A stretch of 63,926 nucleotides of DNA, filler included, from Dugesia japonica (taxonomy: Eukaryota), in NCBI GenBank assembly GCA_001938525.1. It is 5 parts of 5 records of this genome, joined end to end, with 100 filler letters (N's around TTAATTAATTAA, not from the genome) between each part and the next. Parts side by side here need not be neighbours in the genome. Positions count along the whole stretch, not along the records: positions 53,438 to 63,926 come from MQRL01644261.1; 4 more parts are not named here. The stretch is one strand, 5' to 3'. Position 1 is the stretch's first letter. Every line of letters starts with the position of its first letter. The notes under the pieces were generated by a model. It was given only the letters and a program-made list of their open reading frames with translations. It was not told the origin of the DNA and made no database searches. The position numbers and the translations under genes are program-made. This document shows, piece after piece, positions 53,438-63,926 of the stretch.

Positions 53438-53983
53438 AATTTAATTGTCACATTGACCCCCGGCAACAAATATTTTGGTTAGTCAAAGAAATCCAAATTA
53501 AGTGCACCACAAAGCGTTAGCTTTGCAAATGTTTTAATCGAACTCTTTCTCTTGTCATCTTCTTAATGATAACCAATGGCTTCAAGAAAAGTGTTTTTTG
53601 TATCCGATCTAAAATTCAACGCGGCTTCAATTAACGACCTTTGCATATATAGTCCTTTGTATCTTCAATCTTTACATTAGTTAGTGTTATTGATGTTTCT
53701 TTGAATAGAGTGTGAAGGAATAATTGGAAAGAATCATGTTGATAGTGTCAGTTGATGCAAAATCCATTCCATCATGTTCCACTGTCTTCATTTTAATAAG
53801 GAGCAATATATCATTCAAATCCAAGTAACCATTATCTGAAGCAATAATATTGAATTCAATTTGTTGTCTAGCATACCCAGTTAAAGAATTTTCAGGGTAG
53901 ATTTCTAAAAATGTTGAGCTTTCAACAACAACCTGTGGAATATTGTAGTCAAAAAGCGATAATTCAGTTTTTCCGATCTACAT
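53438..53983 (-). pseudogene. Maverick/Polinton major capsid protein (double jelly-roll, hexon-like), N-terminal part
   Basis: KTELSLFDYNIPQVVVESSTFLEIYPENSL...IEFNI...YLDL, NYFLHTLF, RSLIEAALNF and GALNLDFFD*PKYLLPGVNVTIK. Confidence 0.85.
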
Positions 53984-53985
53984 GC

Positions 53986-54348
53986 TTATTTTGCAAAGAT
54001 ATTTTCGTCTAATCGTCGTCTTTGGTTTATAGTTGATGCTATTTTATATTTTTGTTTACGTATTCTACTACCATGCTGTCCATCAACAACTTCATTTAGT
54101 GCATAAAGTGCATTTTCCTTCACATCTGGCAACATATTCATTGCTTGGTTTTTGATTGAATCTTTAAATGACTGTTTCTTGCTTATAACATCATCAACAG
54201 TTTTTAGTGCTGCTTGCCTTACCGACTTTGCAATTGGAAGTCCAAATTTCTGCAAAATTGAAATCGCAAAACGATCAATTTTCACCACCCTACTGTTGAC
54301 TACGATAAAATATGGCAAGTCCCCACCCATTTGTGGACGACTATACAT
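53986..54348 (-). CDS. Maverick/adintovirus small conserved protein between penton and major capsid
   Basis: QMGG...RFAISILQKFGLPIAKSVRQAALKTVDDVIS..SFKDSIK, amphipathic with a basic tail; position between penton and major capsid. Confidence 0.65.
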   Translation of the reverse strand: MYSRPQMGGDLPYFIVVNSRVVKIDRFAISILQKFGLPIAKSVRQAALKTVDDVISKKQSFKDSIKNQAMNMLPDVKENALYALNEVVDGQHGSRIRKQKYKIASTINQRRRLDENIFAK

Positions 54349-54404
54349 TATGATAATAGCACGATCAACCATTTCAATAATAAATCAAATTGTAATCAAA
54401 TTGT

Positions 54405-55756
54405 TTAAACTTGTCGAAAATTTAGAGTTAAACTTGTTTTTTATCTATATTGAAAATCAATCAATCTTCTCGCATCATCACGTATGTTTACTTCAATTTT
54501 GTTGATGGAAGATGGTGAAACAGGTAAAAACATTAAATTTTCAAGTCTTACATGTACAACATCATCAAATGAATGCCAATTTCTATTAACTCATATACTC
54601 CTCAAAAGTAGCACGCGTACATCACCAAACAGAATAAGATCGACTATTGATGAGTAAATATATAGTTGTCTGATACCACCGTGTAATAATGGTTTATGCA
54701 AACCCTTTACTTGTTCTGTAGACTTGTAGAATTTTGCAGAAGGAAGACCGTGTATTAGCGAAAGACTCTCGTCGAATGATACATATTCAAAATTATCAAG
54801 TAAATTAAACATGACCACTCAAAATTTTAAATCTATAACAAATTCTTTAAATATTTTGTGGTATAATTTTATAAATGACTTAACCAGATTATTCAGATTT
54901 GTAACCATTAAATCATTTTCAAATTCAAAATAATTTATTTCTGTTTTNATTTCAGTAAATTTTAATTTAACATTAGTTTTGGCAATATTATCCAACATTT
55001 GAGTATCTGATTCGATAAATGAGTTCATTGGTATATTTTTCGTCTTTTGCGAATTAAATCCTAGTAACCGAGCATCAAGCAATGATTTAAATTCCAATTC
55101 CATATTGCAATCAGATTTGATAATTATTTTCTTTTGACCATTAATACTGATTTCGCAATTCTTTTTATTTTTCTATCCAAAAACAACAGGTTTTCCATTT
55201 TTAATCTCAACATTTACTTTTTTTTGAATTTCTTTTATTCTAGCCTTTTCTTCCTCAATAGAATTACACTTTAATTTTAAAGATATTGATGGAATATTTT
55301 CCAGAATCAAATGCTCATCAGATTCAATAACTGAAACTAATGGCTTCTTTTTTTATTATTGATTAAATGGAATCCAAATTATTTAGCATCTGAGAACGTC
55401 TTAAACTCCATTTCTACTCAACAATCTGTTTTTAATATTACTTTCTTTTCATTGAAAAATATATACCAGTTATATTTATTGATAGGGACTGTATTATTAA
55501 GTTGAAGACTACCATTTACATTACTTAATTGAAATTTATCTTCAATTTCCAACACTTCTCTTATTTTATATTCAATTTTTTAACCTTTTCGTATAGTCAT
55601 TGGACAATAATTGAAAACAAATTCTGTCATGGCAACTTCCCAAGGGTCATCTTTTAAAATGATGGCATTCTCATAGTCAACGAAATACTTGCTTGAATTA
55701 TTATCAGTTCAAGTTTTTGGACAACTATTGCTTGGCAAAACCATATAGAAACTCAT
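54405..55756 (-). pseudogene. Maverick/Polinton minor capsid protein (penton)
   Basis: N-terminus MSFYMVLPSNS...NNSSKYFV....I.L.DDPWEVAMTE; C-terminus LYIYSSIV....GDVRVLLLR...IEVNIRDD...IDF...TSLTLNFR. Confidence 0.85.
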
Positions 55757-55759
55757 TAT

Positions 55760-56170
55760 TAGATTTGAGATGCTTGAATCCACGTAGGCTTTGAAAAGCC
55801 ATGTTATTCAACTAGATATTGTTTATAATAACATTTACCTTTGGTTTTGAGAATTGATTTTATTCCATATATACTTGGTTTTTCCAGCAAAACTTGTAAT
55901 TCCTGCTGATAAAATTTGCTAATAATAATTTACCATATTCATCAAATAAAACATGCATGACTGATGACTGCCTAGTGTTGATTTTCGAGATTTAAAAGAC
56001 TTCATCACTCCCGTTATTATCAAAGTTTTTAATGAGTGGCTTAGTACTAATTCGTGAAATCCGTACATGTTATCCAATTTTATATTTTGGTTTTGGCTTT
56101 TTATTGATGAAATAATGTGTATCATCATGATCTGTAACATAAACTGCGATTTTCCCTCCTTCACCTTTGT
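55760..56170 (-). pseudogene. Maverick/Polinton integrase, C-terminal part with chromodomain remnant
   Basis: KPKYKIG*HVRISR....KNFDNNGSDEVFKISKI...LFDEYG and ...KQYLVE*HGFS, directly upstream of the penton. Confidence 0.7.
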
Positions 56171-57464
56171 TCATGAACCTGTTCATGTTATCAAATAATA
56201 TATAATTATCATTTATGATTTTAATTTTTAAAAATTAATATTATTATTGATATTGAACTTATAATTACTAATTTCCAATGAACATCCATATAATTAAACT
56301 GATTTACTCTTACTAATGTACTGTTTTATAATAACGTTTGGGTTTTAGCTAGGTAAGTGCACAAATCTAGGGTAATTGTCATAATAAAACCCCGCGAAGA
56401 ATTTAATCTGGCATCCCCAAAAAATCCAGATCTTCGGAATGGAGCCGTTGACTCAAAATTCGAGTACAGCTTCGCATTCCTTTGGTTCGGGTTCCTACTA
56501 CGTGATACTCGCTCGATTCTTTAGATCTACTTATTCCTTATCAGATATCATTTATTAATTTATTATAAATTCTTTATTATATTTTTATTCAATTAAATTT
56601 TACTAAGTGGTGTTTTTTAAAGTTTGATGGTATTAGTTTATTCAAAAGTTCCATTTTAACATCCCATACTTTAAGTAAGTTCTAGAACTGAAGTTATTGG
56701 GGAAAACATAAAACAAAATAATTGAACTAGTGAAAAATATATTGAATATGGCAAATTTCATTTGTTAATATACACGCTTAGTAAATACTACAATTAATAA
56801 AACTAACATGACATAAATCCCGATCCGTAGCAAGCACAATAACTAGAGTTGGGCCTCTTCAGCGGCCATTATCGACTTTAGTGGTCCTCTATAGCTTTCC
56901 ATTTTTGAGTCGGAAAATCGTTGCACCTCCAAAATGAAAATCGTAATTACCTTGATTGAGAGTTTCTAATTGTCTTCAGTAAGGTTGATGGACAAGTGAT
57001 GATGATGATTTTTTTATGATTTTTTGCATCGGTATTTATACCGGTTTTTGCTACACCCTCGTTCTTTTCATTGGCTAATTTTCATTCTTTTACGTCCCTT
57101 TGGTTGGTTGTTTTAATTTCATCACATGATTTCTTTTGATTGGCCAGAATTTTGGAATTCCAAAATTACTTGAGTTCCAGTGGTCAACCTTTAGACCCTT
57201 ATAACTTCTTTCTGGGTCTTGTCACAACTTTCTATCTTGCATTTTTGAATTTCCTGATTTTTTCTGATCCGTGATTGTCTTATTTGATAATTTTGAATTG
57301 ACGAAAGGTCTCCACTTCCCTCACTTTTGTTGAAAAATTAATTTTCTTCTTTAAAATAAATCATTTTAATTTTATATGATTTATATTATTTAAATAAATA
57401 AATAATTTTATTTTATTTTCTTCATAAAATTAATTCGATGCTCATTTTTCTTTCTGATTTAAAC

Positions 57465-58040
57465 TAATTTTCTCGGTGAGATCGAATGTGGTCAATTTTT
57501 GACTAGTTTAGATCAAATTGATCTAATTTTTCCTAGGGATTGGGAATTTTTTAGATGATTGGGTTCAATTTTTTCCCCGGTTTTGGTCAGTTTGTGTACT
57601 TTTTGGGCGATTCGATCAATTTTTGGGTGGTTTAGGTGAAATTGGTCCAATATTTCCTCGGGATGGGTAATTTTTGGGTGATTAAGGTGGAATTGGTTGA
57701 ATGTTTTCTTGGTGAGGTCGAATGAGGTCAATTATTTGGCTGGTTCAGATAAATTTAGTTCAATATTTCCTCGGGATTGGTAATTTTTGGGAAATTAAGG
57801 TGAAATTGGTCAGATTTTTCCTCGGGATTGGTAATTTTTTGGGTGATTTAGGTGAAATTGGTTGATATGTGTTTCTCGGTGAGCTAGAATATGGTCAATA
57901 TTTGAATGGTTTAGAGTAAATTTTAGGTGATTTGGTCAAATAATTCCTCGGGATTGCTCGGATTCGGTAAAGTTTGGGTGACTTGGTCTAATATTTCCTC
58001 AAGATTGGTCAGTTGGGTTAATCTTTGGACAATCTTTGAC
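57465..58040. repeat. Left arm of a long inverted repeat, made of internal tandem units (GGTGAAATTGGTC...TTTCCTCGGGATTGGTAATTTTTG)
   Basis: Near-identical reverse complement of 62610-63135; it produces identical 72-aa pseudo-ORFs on opposite strands. Degenerate units continue to ~58520. Confidence 0.9.
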
Positions 58041-59189
58041 AATTATTTACTCAAATTGGTCAGTTTTGGATGATATGTCGAATATTTCCTCTGGATTATG
58101 AATTTTTGAGTGATTGGGTTGAATTTTTTCTCGGAATAGTCAAGTTGGTTCGGTTTTGTACAACTTGGTCAATTATTTACTCGGTTTAGTCAATATTGGT
58201 CAATTATTTCTTCGGGAACGGAAAGTATGGGTAATTTTTGGATGATTCAGTAAAGTTTTTTCTCGGGAAGGGAAAAATTTGGGTGATTTTTGGGTGAATT
58301 TGGTAAATTATTTCGTCGTGTTTTGTCAATTTGGGCCATTTTTCGATAATTTGGTCAATTATTTACTCAGTGCTTAGATTTTTGATCGATAGTGTTCATA
58401 GATTGGTTGATAGTGCTCAGAGTTTGGATGTTTATGATCCATTATTCATTCAAAAGGGTTATTTTTTGATGATTTGGAGTAATAATTTTCTTGGTAATGG
58501 TACTTTGGTCAATTATTTCATTTAAATTAGTTAATCTCATATGATAAAAATACAAGTCGCTGGCTGACAGTGGGTAGAAATTGGTTCACAATGGTCAGAG
58601 ATTGGTCGAAAGTGCTCAGACTTTAGTTGACAGGGCTCAGATTTCGGTTGACAGTGCTCAGACTTAAGATGGTTATGGTCAATTATTTTATTTAAATTAG
58701 TTAATCACATATGATAAAAATACAATTCGCTCCCGGGTACATTACTAATAAGTTGACCTTAATTAATGAAATGTAATAAATTTTATGTTTTAGAAAAAAC
58801 TTTAATGTTGATTGAAAATTTCATCTATGAAGTTGATAATAATGAATTAGGACAATTATTTTTTATTTTTTAGTATATTCAGCCAGTTTTCAATGATTTT
58901 AGTTGAATAATTTTCTCAATGAAATCAAATTGGATCAATTTTCAGTCAATTACGGCCTATTTGTTAGGGAATTTCTTAATAATGATCTATTTACTAAGGA
59001 ATTTCATTGGTCCAATATTAATTTTCAACAAATAATTAGTCGCTCCCATTGATTTTTAACATTTATAGTTATAAGATGATAAATAAAAGTAAATAAAGAA
59101 CAAATGTTTTAGATTATTAAATAAATAACAAATAATAAAATAATAGTTAATTATTTTCATGGATTATTTTCAATAATAGTTTGTTTTCT

Positions 59190-59490
59190 TTCCATACCAT
59201 TACATTACCTCATCCGGGTAGCACAGTCGAGCTATTATTCCAACTGTTTACATCCAGTCTCAAATTGTTAACGCTCAAGACCATTAGCTTTCAATCGAGT
59301 CTGTTCATATATGAACTTATCGATCAGCTTGCGTAGTTTTAACTATGCTAAGCTCGATTACGGTATGTACATCTCCAGTAGCAATGATTCTAACCGTTCA
59401 CATCCGGTCATGAATGCATACTGCTACAATTGTTTTAAAACCATCAGTCATCATCGTCAATAATTGACTAGACACGGATGAGCAAAATGA
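59190..59490 (-). repeat. Dispersed repeat, homologous to 31075-31350
   Basis: See 31075-31350. Confidence 0.85.
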
Positions 59491-60944
59491 TATGTAATTC
59501 CAACACGCAATTATCAAATCCAATGTATGTATGTATTTAATAAAATCGAAATATTAATTAAAGATGATAATAATCAAATAATCATAATTCAAATAATAAT
59601 ATTCATAAAAATTCAAAATATAATAATTCAAATAATTCAATTAATAATAATTCAAATAATATTTAAAATAATAAATCGTCAAAGAAAATTTAAAGNNNNN
59701 NNNNNNNNNNNAAAATGAATAAGTATAGTAAAATTTTAAATAAGGAAATTCTAAAAATTAAAACTGGTTATATACAATTAATTTATATTAAATAATTTAT
59801 ATATAATTAATAATTATTTTAATAATAATTCAAAAGAAAAAAAAATAATAAACAAGAGGCAATAAAAATTACTAAAAAGGATAAAAATTCAATCAACAAT
59901 AATCTAAAGAAAATTAAATCAATTAATAATAATAATCAAAATCTTAATATATTAATTAATTGAGATAACAGATAAAATAACAGAAGGGTCAATAAATTAA
60001 TTAAAAGAACATTATAAATTAATAAAATATTAAATTTATAAATAAATAGTAAATAAATTTGTAATAAATCTTACCACTAAGCATAATATATTTAAAAAAC
60101 ATTCATATTAACATAATCATCTTCATTTTTCTTGATTAAATTCCTTTTAGATTCTTCATTGGCTTCATATTTTGTCTAATTATTTAAATTAACATATAAG
60201 TTTAAAATAAGTCACTTAGTTGAAAATTTTTAAATAAAAAGTGAATGCATTAATCGAAATATATTAAAACAAATATAATTGAAATTAAATTGAATCAAAT
60301 ATAATACAATATTAATTTAAAATAGTAAATAAACTATAGATGCTACTTTATAAAATAAAAGCTTTAACCTTAAAGAAAATTTTTAATATTGGTTAAAATT
60401 AATTAGAAAGAGGAAAAATCTATTAAAATAAAAAATAAAGACCTTTTTTATTTTCAATTAGGATATTACAATATTTTATTCGTGTATTATAAATNNNNNN
60501 NNNNNNNNNNNNNNNNNNNNNNNNNNNNNNNNNNNNNNNNNNNNTACAATATTTTATTCGTGTATTATAAATACTTAATGTATTAAATATTTAAGATTTA
60601 TTTAAAATTTTGTATATAATGATTCTAAATTTTAATTGATCGAATAAAATTTCTTTGAAAATGTAATTAATTGTTTAATTTCAAAGGTAAATATTAGGTT
60701 CATGAATAATTCGTTAGAATTTCAACGAATAAAAGAATATAATTATGTTACAAGTTGATGATTAATTGGTTAATAAAGTACATTTGAAAGTCTATTGTCA
60801 AAGAAATTTTCTATATTAAGGGGAAAATATTTGAATAATTAACCGTATATTAATTGTAAACTATATATTCAGTGTTAATAATAGAGTTGACTTTATGAAA
60901 TAGACGATGAACAGATTAAACCATTAACTCAATAATGAATAGGT

Positions 60945-61295
60945 AAATGATGATGATATCGAGTATTGTGTATGTTAATACTTGATGATAGTGANNNNNN
61001 NNNNNNNNNNNNNNNNNNNNNNNNNNNNNNNNNNNNNNNNNNNNACTTGATGATAGTGAGAGTTGTGTATGTTAATACTTGATGATAGCGAGAGTTATTT
61101 TTGTTAAGAGCTGTTGGTAGCAAGTATTGTGTTGATATAACCATTGATAGTGAGTATTATACATATTAATATTTAATGATAACGAGTATTTTGTATGTTA
61201 AGACTTAATGAAAGTGAGTATTGTACATTTTAATACTTGTTGGTAACGAGTAATTATGTATGGTGAGACTTAATGATTGCGAGCATTGTGTATAT
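60945..61295. repeat. Degenerate ~33-bp tandem repeat (TGATGATAGTGAGTATTGTGTATGTTAATACT)
   Basis: Direct observation. Confidence 0.8.
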
Positions 61296-62609
61296 TTAGA
61301 TATTCTCCCTATAATTTTAACAATTGAAACCAATTTTTACCAAGTTATTATATGAAAGAATTAGTGGGTCATGAAACTTGTCAGTATTAGAATCAATAAT
61401 TTTCATTTATTCATTTCCTAGAGTAATATTAGAATGTCGGGTGAGTAGCATTCATATTGCACTATTCTTACACTTGTACTGGACTCATACTTTTATCAAC
61501 TACTGTGTAATTTTATAAAATATTTTGTGACTACTGTGCAATTTCAAAATATTTTTATCGACTGCTGTGCAATTTCAAATTATTTTTATCGACTACTAAA
61601 AACTTTCAGATTAAATCTCACGAGTTATAGTAAATTTGATCTATCTCACTCTTGTTCTTACCTATTATTTTTCTAACTTGAAGCAAAGAAACTTACTGAG
61701 AATGAAGCAAAACGTAATTTGAATAAGAAATTATTGAAAAGGTATTACTTGCTTGCTCTGTAATGGTCTTATTGTTGAAAATATCAATAAATCCTAATGT
61801 AGAGTATTGAATACATCTAATTTATTGGTCTTATATTCAATAATAAAACCAATATTTTTATGATAAAACTCTGTTTTATTGATGAAACCATAAATTTATC
61901 TATAGAAACTAAAATGTTTAATGTTGAGATCAATATTTATTAATGATAAGATCAGTATTTTCTATGTTGAACTATTATTTTCTGACATCTTATTTGAATA
62001 TTGGCTATCAACACGAAAAAAGAAACCCATAAAACTATAGAGCAAGCAGGATTGATAATGAGCAAACAGAGAACCTAGGAGCAAACAAAGAAGCAGAAGG
62101 ATTACGAGATGATTAAAATATACTGAAATAGTTATATTATTTTAAATAAAAAGCATATCATACTAGGTCTCANNNNNNNNNNNNNNNNNNNNNNNNNNNN
62201 NNNNNNNNNNNNNNNNNNNNNNNNNNNNNNNNNNNNNNNNNNNNNNNNNNNNNNNNNNNNNNNNNNNNNNNNNNNNNNNNNAAACCAAATAGAAAATAGT
62301 GAAAATATGTTAAATATAGCTAAATATAGCTAAATAGTGTTAAATGATGGGAAATTAGCGAAATATAGCTAAATGTGGATAAATAGGAGTAAATCCGGAA
62401 AATATAGGGTAAATGATAGTAAATGACTAAATTATGGGAAATGGTAGGAAAATAAGTGAGAATTGATAAAAAGTAGACAAATTAAGAATATTAAATGACT
62501 ATGTATAGAATAAATGCAGTATACTTAGTGACTAGATTTACTCTATTAAATATTTTTTATGTCCAAACTCAAGTTTTCTAATGGTAAAATTTATATTTTC
62601 TATAATAAG

Positions 62610-63316
62610 TCAATAATTTGTCTAAGATTGTCCAAAGATTAACCCAAGTGACCAATCTTAAGGAAATATTAGACCAAGTCACCAAAAATTACTCTAAACC
62701 ATTCAAATATTGACCTATTTTACCTCACCGAGAAACCTTTCAACCAATTTCACCTAAATCACCCAAAAAATTACCAATCCCGAGGAAAAATCTGACCAAT
62801 TTTACCTTAATTTCCCAAAAATTACCAATCCCGAGGAAATATTGAACTAAATTTATCTGAACCAGCCAAATAATTGACCTCATTCGACCTCACCAAGAAA
62901 ACATTCAACCAATTCCACCTTAATCACCCAAAAATTACCCATCCCGAGGAAATATTGGACCAATTTCACCTAAACCACCCAAAAATTGATCGAATCGCCC
63001 AAAAAGTACACAAACTGACCAAAACCGGGGAAAAAATTGAACCCAATCATCTAAAAAATTCCCAATCCCTAGGAAAAATTAGATCAATTTGATCTAAACT
63101 AGTCAAAAATTGACCTCATTCCACCACACCGAATAAATTCCCAACTAAATACACAGGGGAAAAGTAACACCAAATTAAGTAATATTACCTAATGATGCAA
63201 TTTATGATGCAATTTTTAAATTTCCAACTAAATACATTAGGAATAAATTTATTAAGTCACGGCGGGGGGAGGCTACTGAATGTGTGCGTGGTGCGGACTG
63301 CTTCTATCGATCTACT
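62610..63316. repeat. Right arm of the long inverted repeat, ending in a Maverick-like terminus (...GATCTACT at 63316)
   Basis: Reverse complement of 57465-58040. The minus strand starts AGTAGATCGATAGAAGC. Confidence 0.8.
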
Positions 63317-63812
63317 AGTTATTAATAGTAATATCAATTTTTTTATGAAAATTTATTATTGTTAAATATTGTTATATACTACAAAGCTTTATAATAATTT
63401 TAAATATTATTATTAATATTTTCAGCATATATCACCAATTCTGTAGTCTTGTTAAAAATATGAACAATAGATATTCATTATTATTAATAAAATTTTAATA
63501 AATTTGTATTTATTAATAATACTATTGAATTTTTCAAATTTTATATAAACAAAAAAAATCTTTAAAAATTTATTATTACTCTCTTAAATGAAGTTTGAAG
63601 ATTCACAAAAAAATTTAAATAAACTTCAATCATTAATGACGATGATGATAGGAAATGCTCTCTAGATGTTAATTTCAGGGAACCAAAATCATACTTTAGA
63701 TATTCAATCAATTTCTTAAGAAGACCAAATATTTTTTAATTTAAGCACTCTCTTATATTGAAAACATGCAAATTTGGAAATTTACTGAAGGAAATACATG
63801 AATATGATATTT

Positions 63813-63926
63813 AGTAGGGGGATAGAAGCGCATTGTCACTACTCACATGGCGCTGGGCGGACCCCCCCCGGGGGGGGGCTCGAAAACACATTACGATGGT
63901 GACATGATTTTTAGTGACATGATTTT
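63813..63926 (+). mobile_element. Start of another Maverick-like terminus
   Basis: AGTAGGGGGATAGAAGC shares AGTAG...GATAGAAGC with the 63316 end; contains a C8-G9 palindrome. Confidence 0.5.

Larger units (their letters stand above)
53438..56531 (-). mobile_element. Internally deleted Maverick/Polinton with candidate terminus AGTAGATC (minus strand) at 56531
   Basis: Gene order integrase - penton - small protein - major capsid; a GC-richer terminal block at 56340-56531 ends ...GATCTACT. Confidence 0.7.

Noticed and set aside
35527-56531. Idea that the giant retroelement sits inside one Maverick whose halves flank it
   Set aside because: Both sides contain the penton C-terminus, so they are two different copies, and an artificial linker at 53338-53437 separates them.
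57513-63092. Identical 72-aa ORFs at 57513-57731 (-) and 62874-63092 (+) as a duplicated gene
   Set aside because: They are translations of the tandem units inside the inverted-repeat arms, with a non-ATG start and no protein features.

Overview
AT-rich, intron-containing eukaryotic DNA, probably a free-living flatworm (triclad planarian). That assignment is inferred from the 39-62 bp introns, the giant Ty3/gypsy element and the mariner/Maverick load. Four artificial N44-TTAATTAATTAA-N44 linkers split the window into five segments whose adjacency is not biological evidence: 1-9533, 9634-24127, 24228-32584, 32685-53337 and 53438-63926. The host genes are a partial DDX5/DBP2 DEAD-box helicase and a partial multi-exon Cys-rich repeat protein. 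The rest is mostly transposon-derived: gypsy fragments, two mariner fragments, hAT, Kolobok-like ends, and Maverick/Polinton capsid and integrase genes and termini. The main finding is a decayed, >15 kb, virus-like Ty3/gypsy LTR element (36203 to >51392, + strand) with an unusual gene order: gag (3 CCHC knuckles) - about 900 aa of unknown protein - chuvirus-type fusion glycoprotein placed BEFORE pol - two tandem aspartic proteases - RT - RNase H - integrase - second type-I membrane protein with a PPxY motif - separate accessory ORFs including a BIR-BIR-RING inhibitor of apoptosis - PPT - LTR. All family assignments come from motif recognition by eye; no searches were run.
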